From: an uncultured Chloroflexia bacterium
Lineage (GTDB): Bacteria > Chloroflexota > Limnocylindria > Limnocylindrales > CSP1-4
DNA: 64,000 nt
Assembly: GCA_963721015.1 (NCBI GenBank)
Contig: CAVRHM010000006.1
Coordinates: 846,484-910,483, forward strand
Direction: 5' to 3'
The notes beneath the pieces were generated by a model, which saw only the letters and a list, made by a program, of their open reading frames with translations, was not told the DNA's origin and did not search any database. Every line of letters begins with the position of its first letter. The stretch's first letter is position 1. This document shows positions 1 through 8,340 of the stretch, piece by piece. Both the position numbers and the translations under genes were made by a program.

Positions 1-703
1 CCGCCCCCAGGAAGCCGACGAATGCGCCTTCGAACACGAACGGCCAGCGGATGAAGGCGTCCGAGGCGCCGACCAGGCGCATGATCTCGATCTCCTCGGC
101 GCGGGCGACGACCGCCAGGCGGATGGTGTTGACGATGATGAACAGGCAGATGACGCCGACGACGATGAGGATGACCGTGCCGGCCGTGCGCAGGATGTCG
201 GTGACGGTCAGGACCCGCTCGACCAGGTCCTCGATGTTGACGACGTTGCGGACGATCGTCTGCTCGCCAGGCTGCAGCGCGGCGCTCACGGCCGCCAGCG
301 CGGTCGGGTCGATGAGCTTGACCTCGATGCTGGCGAACAACGGGTTGCTGTCGAGATACTGGGTCAGGTCCTCGCGGCCCTGCGCTTCCATCCGGGCGCG
401 GAAGTTCTCGAGCGCCTCATCGCGGCTGACGATGGTCACCGAATCGACGTCCGGCCGGGCGCCGAGCTCCTCGGCCAGGCCTTCGATCTGGGTCTCCGTG
501 GCGTTGGGCTGCAGGTAGGCGACGACCTCGACCTTCTGCTCGGTGAACTCGAGGCCGGCCAGGAGCCCGGTCTGGATGATCCAGAAGCCGGCCAGCAGCA
601 GGAGCATGAGGACCATCGTGGCCGTGGCGGCCAGGCTCATGACGGCGTTCCGCCAGAACCCCTGCCAGGCTCGCTTGACGCTGAAGAACAGGAAGGTGAT
701 CAC
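1..703 (-). CDS. ftsX: Cell-division ABC transporter permease FtsX (3-prime part runs off the left edge)
   Basis: Own minus-strand translation from GTG at 703: VITFLFFSVKRAWQGFWRNAVMSLAATATMVLMLLLLAGFW...AEEIEIMRLVGASDAFIRWPFVFEG. Shows the FtsX N-terminal TM plus periplasmic domain and the MRLVGA motif. Starts 7 nt after the ftsE stop. Confidence 0.85.
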   Translation of the reverse strand, partial: MITFLFFSVKRAWQGFWRNAVMSLAATATMVLMLLLLAGFWIIQTGLLAGLEFTEQKVEVVAYLQPNATETQIEGLAEELGARPDVDSVTIVSRDEALENFRARMEAQGREDLTQYLDSNPLFASIEVKLIDPTALAAVSAALQPGEQTIVRNVVNIEDLVERVLTVTDILRTAGTVILIVVGVICLFIIVNTIRLAVVARAEEIEIMRLVGASDAFIRWPFVFEGAFVGFLGA

Positions 704-710
704 GCGGGGG

Positions 711-1583
711 TCAGTCCTGCCGGTGGTAGGTGCCACCGACCTCGTCGCGGATGATCCGACCCTCCTCGAGGGCGACGACGCGCTTGCGCAGCGCGGTCAC
801 GACGTCGGCGTTGTGGGTGGCCATGAGGACGGTCACGCCGAGCTCGTTGATCCGGAGGAGGAGCTGGAGGATCTCCCAGCTGATGAGCGGATCGAGGTTG
901 CCGGTCGGCTCGTCGGCGATGATCAGGCGCGGGTCGTGGACGAGTGCACGGGCGATGGCCGTGCGCTGCTGCTCGCCGCCGGACAGCTGGGCGGGCACCT
1001 GTCGAGCCTGGGCGGACAGGCCCACGATGGCCAGCACGCGGTCCACGGCCGGGGCGATCTGACGACGCGGGTGGCCGGTCACCTCGAGCGCGAACGCGAC
1101 GTTCTCCCAGACCGTCTTGGTCGGGAGGAGCTTGAAGTCCTGGAAGATGATCCCGATCTTGCGGCGCATCCGCGGTACCTGGCGTCGGGGCAGCCGGGCC
1201 AGGTCCTGGCCGTCGAGCACGACGTCGCCGCGAGTCGCGACCTCGTCGCGGATGAGCAGCTTGATGAGCGTGGACTTGCCCGCTCCCGACGGCCCGACGA
1301 GGAACACGAAGTCCCCCTCCGGGATGACCAGGTCGACGTCACGCAGGGCGACCTTGCCGTTGGGATACTGCTTGGTCACGTCGTGCAGGACGAGGACGGC
1401 CCGATCGGGCACGGCCTGATCGCGGCCTCGGTCGAAGAAGCGACGGCGAAGAGAGCGCACCGCCGACGGCGGCGCGGGGGCGACGGTCACGTGCGACTCC
1501 GCGGCGAGTCCGGGGGTGCCGGGCGCGACACCACCTTCGATGGTTCGGACGACTCCATCCGCGGGCACGGCATCGGGAGCCAC
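711..1583 (-). CDS. ftsE: Cell-division ATP-binding protein FtsE. The real start is probably the internal GTG near 1412.
   Basis: Walker [13 protein letters not shown] signature LSGGEQQR, Walker B LIIADEPT, and the typical FtsE opening [15 protein letters not shown]. The first ~57 aa of the ORF are low-complexity and probably not translated. Confidence 0.95.
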   Translation of the reverse strand: MAPDAVPADGVVRTIEGGVAPGTPGLAAESHVTVAPAPPSAVRSLRRRFFDRGRDQAVPDRAVLVLHDVTKQYPNGKVALRDVDLVIPEGDFVFLVGPSGAGKSTLIKLLIRDEVATRGDVVLDGQDLARLPRRQVPRMRRKIGIIFQDFKLLPTKTVWENVAFALEVTGHPRRQIAPAVDRVLAIVGLSAQARQVPAQLSGGEQQRTAIARALVHDPRLIIADEPTGNLDPLISWEILQLLLRINELGVTVLMATHNADVVTALRKRVVALEEGRIIRDEVGGTYHRQD

Positions 1584-1672
1584 GACGCCCGGAGGCTACC
1601 ACCGGTCCGGCCGTCTGCCAAACGGGACGAGCGGGTCAGGACCCCCCGGACCATGGTCCGGTCCGGTCGGGT

Positions 1673-2641
1673 CTAGAGCAGTCCGGGGGAGATGGGCAGG
1701 TAGCGCTCGAGGTCGGCGAACGGCCCGTCCCAGCACAGCAGGATCGGGAACTGGTCGAGGCGGAAGCCGGCGCCCAGCAGGCTGACCACGGCCCGGTCGG
1801 CGGTGCCCGGCACCCACACGGCGAAGGCCCCGCGCGGCTCCACGGCCGCGGTCAGGTGGCCCAGGACCGGGGCGAGCAGGGCGGCATCGCGGACCGCGAT
1901 CGGGCCGACCCGGCCGCTCTCGCTCGCATAGCCGTAGCCGACCGGCTGGCCGTCCGGTCCGTGGTACAGCCAGCCGCGACGCTGCTCCTGGCGCAAGAAC
2001 CGATGATCGAGCGGATGGCTGACCCCGAGGAGCTCCCGATCGAGCGCGTCGACCGTGGCCGCTAGGCGTCGATGGCCGTCGCCCCCGTCCCCGCCGGCCA
2101 CGACCTCGAACGGGATGGGGGCGATGCCGGACGGCAGCGGGCCGAATGCCGCCGGTCGGGCGGGCAGCCCGATGAGATTGAGGAGGGGAACGCGGGGCAC
2201 GATCCCGAGCGAGGCATAGAGCGCGTTGGAGATGGGCTGGGCGCTGTCGGTCGCCGTGGCCCGGACCGTGTCCACGGGGTCGGCGTCGGTCGGGCCGACC
2301 CGGATGAGGAGCTCACGCCCGATACCCGTGCCCTGCCACTCGGGCAGGACGAAGCACATCGACAGGAACCACAGGCGCTCGCGCTGGACGGCGGCCGCGA
2401 AGGCGACGATGGCCGGCCCGTCGAAGGCCGCGACGAACCGCGTCGGGTCGGTCGCCAGGAGGTGGCCGTACAGGCGGAGCAGTGGGCCGACCTCGTCCGG
2501 GACGGGCTCCTGGCCGAGGCGCTCGATGTAGTCATTGATGCTCGTCCGCCAGATCCCGGCGCACGTGGCGAGCTCATCGGCCGTGACCGGCCGGTAGGTC
2601 AAGGTCCGCGCCCGGGCCGCGCGGTCGGGCGCGACGGTCAC
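1673..2641 (-). CDS. GNAT-family N-acetyltransferase (two-domain, 322 aa)
   Basis: Acetyl-CoA binding motif LPEWQGTGIGRELL. GTGA start/stop overlap with prfB. Confidence 0.65.
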   Translation of the reverse strand: MTVAPDRAARARTLTYRPVTADELATCAGIWRTSINDYIERLGQEPVPDEVGPLLRLYGHLLATDPTRFVAAFDGPAIVAFAAAVQRERLWFLSMCFVLPEWQGTGIGRELLIRVGPTDADPVDTVRATATDSAQPISNALYASLGIVPRVPLLNLIGLPARPAAFGPLPSGIAPIPFEVVAGGDGGDGHRRLAATVDALDRELLGVSHPLDHRFLRQEQRRGWLYHGPDGQPVGYGYASESGRVGPIAVRDAALLAPVLGHLTAAVEPRGAFAVWVPGTADRAVVSLLGAGFRLDQFPILLCWDGPFADLERYLPISPGLL

Positions 2642-3769
2642 GAGACGGCGGCCTCGGCGTCCTCGGCGCGCGGTTCGCCCCCGGTCGCCAGGCGCTCGAG
2701 CTCGGCCTGCATGAACGCGTCGAGGTCGCCGTCGAGGACGGCCGAGGTGTTGCCCGTCTCGTATCCCGACCGCAGGTCCTTGACCATCTGGTACGGATGC
2801 AGGACGTAGCTCCGGATCTGGTTGCCCCAGCCCGCCTCGACGTGCTCGCCGCGGAGCGCGCGCATCTCGGCCTCCTTCTCCTCGAGCGCCCGCTCCAGGA
2901 GCCGGGCCTTGAGGACTTTGATGGCGTTCTCCTTGTTCTGGGTCTGGGACCGCTCGTTCTGGCTCTGGACGACGATGCCGCTCGGGGCGTGGGTCAGCCG
3001 GACTGCACTGTCCGTCTTGTTGACGTGCTGACCGCCGGCGCCCTGCGAGCGGTAGGTGTCCACTCGGATCACGTCCCAGTCGAGCTCGATCTCGATGTCG
3101 TCGTCGACCTCGGGCAGGACCTCGACGAGGGCGAACGTGGTCTGGCGCCGCTTCTGCGAATCGAACGGGCTGATCCGGACCAGGCGGTGGACGCCGCGTT
3201 CCGCCCGCAGCCAGCCATAGGCGCGGCGCCCGCCGACCTCGACGGTGACGCTCTTGAGTCCCGCCTGCTCGCCTTCCTGGGCGTCGATGATCTCGGTGGC
3301 GAACCGGTGGCGCTCCGCCCAGCGCAGGTACATCCGCAGGAGCATCTCCGCCCAGTCCGTGGCCTCGGTCCCGCCGGCGCCGGCGCTGATGGTCAGGATG
3401 GCCGGGGCGTCGTCATGCTCGCCGGAGAACAGCAACGCGGTCCGTTCGCGGGCGAAGTCGGTCTCCAGACCGGTCGCGTCACGATCCAGCTCCGCCTCGA
3501 GCTCCGCGTCGGGGGCTTCGGCGAGGAGCTCGACGGCGGCCTCGAGGTCCGCGGCACGCGTCGAAAGGTCCTCCCAGAGGGCGATCTCGGTGCGCAGGCC
3601 ATCGGCCTCGCGGAGGATCTTCTGGGCGCCGCGCTGGTCGTCCCAGAACCCAGGTTCCTGGGTCAGCTCGTCGAACTGGGCGACGCGGGCAGCCTTCGCC
3701 TCGAGGTCAAAGACGCCCCGAGGTCGACCGGATCCGTTCGGCCAAGTCGCGGATGGCGGACGTGTCCAC
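2638..3769 (-). CDS. prfB: Peptide chain release factor 2, made by +1 programmed ribosomal frameshift (frame 0: 3769-3710; frame +1: 3708-2638)
   Basis: SPF tripeptide, GGQ (SQGAGGQHVNKTDSAVR), and GGTEATDWAEMLLRMYLRWAE. The N-terminal 20 codons VDTSAIRDLAERIRSTSGRL end at CUU UGA C. Reading +1 continues DLEAKAARVAQFDELTQEPGFWDDQRGAQ, typical of RF2. Confidence 0.95.
3706..3721 (-). other. RF2 autoregulatory +1 frameshift site: UCG GGG CGU CUU UGA C
   Basis: Slippery CUU, in-frame UGA followed by C, and a G-rich SD-like element. Spacing matches E. coli AGG GGG UAU CUU UGA C. Confidence 0.85.
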
Positions 3770-4009
3770 CTAGTTCCGGCCCTGGAGATCCTGGAGCAGC
3801 AGCGGTCGCAGCTCGATGAGCCGGAGGGCGGTCTTGCTCCGTGCGACGACGGGGTTCACGCAGGGACAGTAGCTGTTGTGCGGACACACGCCACAGTTGC
3901 CGTCACAGTCCAGGGCTGCCGCGTAGCTGCACGACCGACAGTCGCGCTCGCAAGCGATGAGATCGACGAACGCGGCATCCTCGGCCTGCTTCAATGGGGA
4001 CTCCCTCAC
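3770..4009 (-). CDS. Small cysteine-rich protein (74-79 aa; two CX3CX2C motifs), first cistron of the prfB operon
   Basis: ORF ...FVDLIACERDCRSCSYAAALDCDGNCGVCPHNSYCPCVNPVV.... Its TAG stop abuts the prfB GTG (AAC TAG GTG). AGGGAG lies 6 nt before an internal TTG (3994) and a promoter-like element lies upstream. No family recognised. Confidence 0.5.
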   Translation of the reverse strand: MRESPLKQAEDAAFVDLIACERDCRSCSYAAALDCDGNCGVCPHNSYCPCVNPVVARSKTALRLIELRPLLLQDLQGRN

Positions 4010-4094
4010 ACTTCACGCTGGGCAGGGGCGGGCTGGGGCTGGGAGTGACCCGCCGAGGGGCTCGGGCGGCCCTGGGGCCGGCGGGTTTTGGCAC

Positions 4095-4123
4095 AGTATA
4101 GGCGGCCAATCCCTGAAGGCCAA
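4095..4123 (-). promoter_or_regulatory. Candidate sigma-70-type promoter of the Cys-ORF/prfB operon (TTGGCC-17 nt-TATACT)
   Basis: Minus strand TTGGCC (4123-4118), 17-nt spacer, TATACT (4100-4095), about 85 nt upstream of the ORF. Confidence 0.4.
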
Positions 4124-4168
4124 GGGGGTACTTTCGCTCCCGGACCGCTGGCCCGCCATGCGCGACGG

Positions 4169-4750
4169 TCAGGGCGTCGTGCCGGTCACCGTGTACACGG
4201 CCAACGCGCCCAGCTCGTGGACGAGCGCCCGGACGAGCGCCTCGGGATGGGCTTCCACCGGCCCGCTGCGGGTCGCCGACCCGTAGGCCTCCAGGCCGGC
4301 GTCGCCGGCCATCCGCAGGACCCGGAGCATGTGGGTCGGGTCGGACACGAAGACGGCCTGGCGCAGGCCGCGGTCATGGAGCAACGCCGCGACGCCGCGG
4401 ATGGAGTCCAGCGTGGTCCGGCTCGCGTCCTCGACGAGGATGGCCGTCTCCGGCACGCCTCGTTCGACGGCGTACCGCCAGGCGGTCGCGGCCTCCGTCG
4501 TCCGGTCGCCGTCAGCCTTGCCGCCGGTCACGACGAGGCGTGGGGCGAGGCCGGCGTGGAACAGGTCGATGGCGTGATCGAGGCGGGCCGCGAAGACCGG
4601 CGACGGCCGGCCGTCGTACTGGGCCGCGCCCATGACCACGATGGCCTCGGCGTGGACCCGTTCATCGCGCGTCCCGACGTCCCAGATCCGCCAGCTCGCG
4701 GCGGCTCCCAGGACGAGGACGGCCAGGGCCCCGGTGGTCAGGAGTCGCAT
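4169..4750 (-). CDS. YdcF/ElyC/SanA family (DUF218) protein with N-terminal membrane anchor
   Basis: IVVMGAAQYDGRPSPVFAARLDHAIDLFHAGLAPRLVVTGGK...VFVSDPTHMLR matches the DUF218 pattern. Confidence 0.75.
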   Translation of the reverse strand: MRLLTTGALAVLVLGAAASWRIWDVGTRDERVHAEAIVVMGAAQYDGRPSPVFAARLDHAIDLFHAGLAPRLVVTGGKADGDRTTEAATAWRYAVERGVPETAILVEDASRTTLDSIRGVAALLHDRGLRQAVFVSDPTHMLRVLRMAGDAGLEAYGSATRSGPVEAHPEALVRALVHELGALAVYTVTGTTP

Positions 4751-4778
4751 CGATCGGTGATCCGGCGTCCTCGGACGA

Positions 4779-7778
4779 TCAGCGGCCGTGGCACTTCTTG
4801 TACTTCAGCCCGGACTCGCACCAGCATGGGTCGTTGCGGCCGATCCGCTCGCCGGTCGGGGTGTACCCGGGTCGGGCGCCACCACCACCGGCCCCGTTCG
4901 CGCCGTTGCCGGTCGACGGTTGGAGGGTGGTCTCTCCGAGCGATTCCTGGACGTTGCGGACGGCTGGCGCAGCGGGCACGGCGCCACGCAGGACGGCCGA
5001 GCCCGGAGCGGTCGCCGTCGCCGTCGCGGCCGCCGCGCCCGTCCCGGCCGTCGCGGCCGCGCCCTGTGCCCCGGTGCGCAGGCTCGCGGCGCCGGCGGCC
5101 AGGGCTTGGGCGAGGCCGGCGTCGGGTCCTGGCTGGCGCTGGACCGTCACCCGGAAGATCGAGGTCGCCACACCGTGGCGGATGAGGCCACGGAGCTCCT
5201 CGTACAGCCGGAAGGCCTCGCGTCGGAACTCGTTGAGCGGATCCTGCTGGGCGTAGCCGCGCAGGCCGATTCCGCGGCGCATGTCGTCGAGCTCGGTGAG
5301 GTGCTCGACCCACAGGGAGTCGATGGTCCGCAGGAGCACGACCCGTTCGACCTGCGCCCAATCGGCCGAGCCGACCTCGGTCTCGCGAGCCTCCAGGCGC
5401 GCGTCGGCGAGGTCACGGAGGTGCTCGGCGATGCCCTCCCGGCTGCCGATGTCCCACAGCTCGTCCGGGCTCGTGCCGTCGCCGGTCAGACCCAGGCCAT
5501 GGAGCGTCGAGGACAGGCCGTCGAGGTCCCACTGCTCGGCGTCGTCGCCGGCGAGGTGGGTGTCCACCGTGGCGTCGATGTCCTCGTCCAGGAAGGCGCG
5601 CACGGTGTCGGTCAGGTCCTCGTTGTGGAGGACCTTGTCGCGTTCCGCGTAGATCGTCTCGCGCTGCTTGTTGATGACGTCGTCGAACTCGACGACGCGC
5701 TTGCGGATGTCGAAGTTGAAGCCCTCGACGCGCGACTGGGCACTCTCGATCGTCTTCGACACGAGGCGCGACTCGATGGCCACGTCGTCCTCGAGGCCGA
5801 GCCGCTCCATCAGCCCGGTCACCCGGTCCGAGGCGAAGCGCTTCATGAGATCGTCCTCGAGGGACAGGTAGAAGCGCGACGAGCCCGGGTCGCCCTGGCG
5901 GCCGGCACGGCCGCGGAGCTGGTTGTCGATCCGCCGGCTGTCGTGGCGCTCGGTGCCGACGATGTGCAGCCCACCGGCCTCGACGACCCGTTCGTGGTCC
6001 TCGTCGACGACGACACGGGCCTCGGCCAGGGCCGCCTCGTAGGTCGCGGCGTCGACCTCGGCCGGGTTGAGGCCGCGCTTGTGGAGGGCCTCGGAGGCCA
6101 GGCCGGCCGCATCGCCGCCCAGCTTGATATCCGTCCCTCGGCCGGCCATGTTCGTGGCGATGGTCACCGCGCCGGTCCGACCGGCCTGGGCGACGATCCC
6201 GGATTCCCGCTCGTGGAACTTCGCGTTGAGCGTCTCGTGCTTGATGCCGCGACGCTTGAGCATCGTCGACAGGATCTCGGACTTCTCGACGCTGACCGTG
6301 CCGACGAGGACCGGCCGCCCGGCCTCCTGCATCTCGACGATCTCGTCGATGACGGCGTTGAACTTGGCCTGCTCGTCGCGGTACACGAGGTCGGCATGGT
6401 CCTCGCGGATCATGTCCTTATGGGTCGGGATGGCCACGACCTCGAGCTTGTAGATCTTGTGGAACTCCTCGGCCTCGGTCATCGCCGTGCCGGTCATCCC
6501 GGACAGCTTGTCGTAGAGGCGGAAGTAGTTCTGGAAGGTGATCGTGGCGAGGGTCACGGACTCGCGCTGGACGCGCAGCCCCTCCTTGGCCTCGACCGCC
6601 TGGTGGAGGCCCTCACTCCAGCGCCGGCCGGGCATCTGGCGGCCGGTGAACTCGTCGACGATGACGATCTCGCCGTCCTTGACGATGTAGTCGCGGTCGC
6701 GCTTGTAGAGCGCATGGGCGCGCAGCGCCTGCTCGAAGTGCCGGGCCAGGCGGGGGTCGGCGTCGTACAGGTTCTCGACGCCCAGCCAGCCTTCCATCTT
6801 GTCGATGCCGTCCTCGGTCGGGCTGACCGCGCGGTCTTTCAGGTCGATGAAGTAGTCGCCGCCCTCCTCGTCGCCCTCGGGTCGGCCCTTGAGGCGGGGC
6901 ACCAGCCGGGCGAACGTGAAGTACAGGTCGGCCGACTCCTCGGCCTGGCCGCTGATGATGAGCGGGGTCCGGGCTTCGTCGATGAGGATGTTGTCGACCT
7001 CATCGACGATGGCGAAGGAGCGCTCGCGCTGCACGCGCTGTTCCAGCTCGGTGACCATGTTGTCGCGCAGGTAGTCGAACCCGAATTCGTTGTTCGTGCC
7101 GTAGGTGACGTCGGCGCCGTACGCCTCGCGCCGGGTGACCGGGCGCAGGTTGAGGAGCCGTTCGTCGTTGGTCGGGTAGCCCGGCTCGAACAGGAACGAC
7201 GCCTCGTGGGTGATCATCCCGAGGCTGACCCCGAGGAAGTGGAAGACCGGGCCCATCCACTGCGGGTCACGGCGGGCTAGGTAGTCGTTGACGGTGACGA
7301 CGTGGACACCGCGGCCGGTGAGGGCGTTGAGGACCGCGGCGAGGGTCGGGACGAAGGTCTTGCCTTCGCCGGTCTTCATCTCGGCGATCTTGCCCTGGTG
7401 GAGGACCGCGCCACCCATGAGCTGCTCGTCGAAGTGGCGCATCCCGAGCGTCCGCTTCATGGCCTCGCGGGCCATGGCGAAGACCTCCGGCGCCACCTCG
7501 TCGAGGGCGTCCTGGATGGCCGCGTTCTCGCGCTTGCGGCGATCGTTGCGCAGCTCGCGCCGGCGCTCGACGTCGGGGTGGTGGAGCTCGTCGTCCGACG
7601 GCTCGCCGCCGACGGCCAGGGCCTGGATCTCCTCGCGGATCTCCGCGTACTGGGTGCGGATCTGGTCGTCGGAGAGGGCCTCGAACTCGGCTTCGAGGGC
7701 GTTGGCCTCGTCGACCCACGGCTGTACGCGTCGGATCTCGCGGTCGTTCGAGTCGACGAAACGGGAAAGGAACTTCAT
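4779..7778 (-). CDS. secA: Preprotein translocase ATPase SecA (999 aa)
   Basis: MKFLSRFVDSNDREIRR..., Walker A MKTGEGKT, DEVDNILIDEARTPLIISG, TNMAGRGTDIKLGG, and the C-terminal zinc motif CWCESGLKYKKCHG. The ORF-track extension to 8030 is Arg/Pro-rich and was rejected. Confidence 0.97.
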   Translation of the reverse strand: MKFLSRFVDSNDREIRRVQPWVDEANALEAEFEALSDDQIRTQYAEIREEIQALAVGGEPSDDELHHPDVERRRELRNDRRKRENAAIQDALDEVAPEVFAMAREAMKRTLGMRHFDEQLMGGAVLHQGKIAEMKTGEGKTFVPTLAAVLNALTGRGVHVVTVNDYLARRDPQWMGPVFHFLGVSLGMITHEASFLFEPGYPTNDERLLNLRPVTRREAYGADVTYGTNNEFGFDYLRDNMVTELEQRVQRERSFAIVDEVDNILIDEARTPLIISGQAEESADLYFTFARLVPRLKGRPEGDEEGGDYFIDLKDRAVSPTEDGIDKMEGWLGVENLYDADPRLARHFEQALRAHALYKRDRDYIVKDGEIVIVDEFTGRQMPGRRWSEGLHQAVEAKEGLRVQRESVTLATITFQNYFRLYDKLSGMTGTAMTEAEEFHKIYKLEVVAIPTHKDMIREDHADLVYRDEQAKFNAVIDEIVEMQEAGRPVLVGTVSVEKSEILSTMLKRRGIKHETLNAKFHERESGIVAQAGRTGAVTIATNMAGRGTDIKLGGDAAGLASEALHKRGLNPAEVDAATYEAALAEARVVVDEDHERVVEAGGLHIVGTERHDSRRIDNQLRGRAGRQGDPGSSRFYLSLEDDLMKRFASDRVTGLMERLGLEDDVAIESRLVSKTIESAQSRVEGFNFDIRKRVVEFDDVINKQRETIYAERDKVLHNEDLTDTVRAFLDEDIDATVDTHLAGDDAEQWDLDGLSSTLHGLGLTGDGTSPDELWDIGSREGIAEHLRDLADARLEARETEVGSADWAQVERVVLLRTIDSLWVEHLTELDDMRRGIGLRGYAQQDPLNEFRREAFRLYEELRGLIRHGVATSIFRVTVQRQPGPDAGLAQALAAGAASLRTGAQGAAATAGTGAAAATATATAPGSAVLRGAVPAAPAVRNVQESLGETTLQPSTGNGANGAGGGGARPGYTPTGERIGRNDPCWCESGLKYKKCHGR

Positions 7779-7787
7779 GGGAGCGTG

Positions 7788-7793
7788 AGTATA
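7788..7793 (-). promoter_or_regulatory. Candidate -10 box (gcCTATACT) only 9 nt upstream of the secA ATG
   Basis: Same CTATACT box as at 4095 and 60412. The distance implies a 1-3 nt leader. No SD is visible. Confidence 0.35.
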
Positions 7794-7920
7794 GGCCGAG
7801 CCGTCATCGGACCCTGTCGGGGCATGGCTCGGCCTGCGTGCTCGGGACGGTGGTGACACCGTTCGGGGGCGGCCGCCGGGTGCCCGACCTGCGTTTCGGA
7901 CACCCGGCAGCGTGGGAGGT

Positions 7921-8232
7921 TCAGGGATTCCCGGCGCCGATCTCGCCCCGACGCTGCGCCCGAAGCGCGTCGGATGCCGGGTCCTCGGCGCCGATCTCAC
8001 CGCGCCGATGGGCGGCGAGCCCGGCCGCATCCGGAGCGATCGCCGCGCCGGGCGCCCGCTCCGCGCCGTCGCTCAGCGGGCCGGTCGCCGGTTGGACGAT
8101 GGCGGCGACGAGCATCACGGCCACGAGCAGCCCGATGAGGGCGGCGCCCGCCACGAGCAGCCGCACGCGGCTGGCCTGGGACGCTTGGTCGGTCGCCAGT
8201 GGCGCGGAGGTCTCGAGGGTCTTGGTGGTCAT
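7921..8232 (-). CDS. Hypothetical single-pass membrane protein (103 aa) with duplicated RRGEIGA motif
   Basis: AGGAGG lies 8 nt before the ATG at 8232. TM segment LLVAGAALIGLLVAVMLVAAIV, high GC3, C-terminal HRRGEIGAEDP...QRRGEIGAGNP. Confidence 0.45.
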   Translation of the reverse strand: MTTKTLETSAPLATDQASQASRVRLLVAGAALIGLLVAVMLVAAIVQPATGPLSDGAERAPGAAIAPDAAGLAAHRRGEIGAEDPASDALRAQRRGEIGAGNP

Positions 8233-8340
8233 CGCCGTGTCCTCCTGTGTCGACCCCTGTGGGTCGTCGTCGACCCAGGGGCGTGACACGACGAGTCGCG
8301 GTGGTGACGGCCAAAGTCACAGGCGCTGGTGAGCGCGGTA

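Noticed and set aside
7779-8030. N-terminal 84-aa extension of the SecA ORF (track start 8030).
   Set aside because: The extension is Arg/Pro/Gly-rich and has no SecA homology. It also overlaps the 3-prime end of the better-supported small membrane protein gene (7921-8232), read in a different frame. Canonical SecA begins at MKFLSRF (7778).
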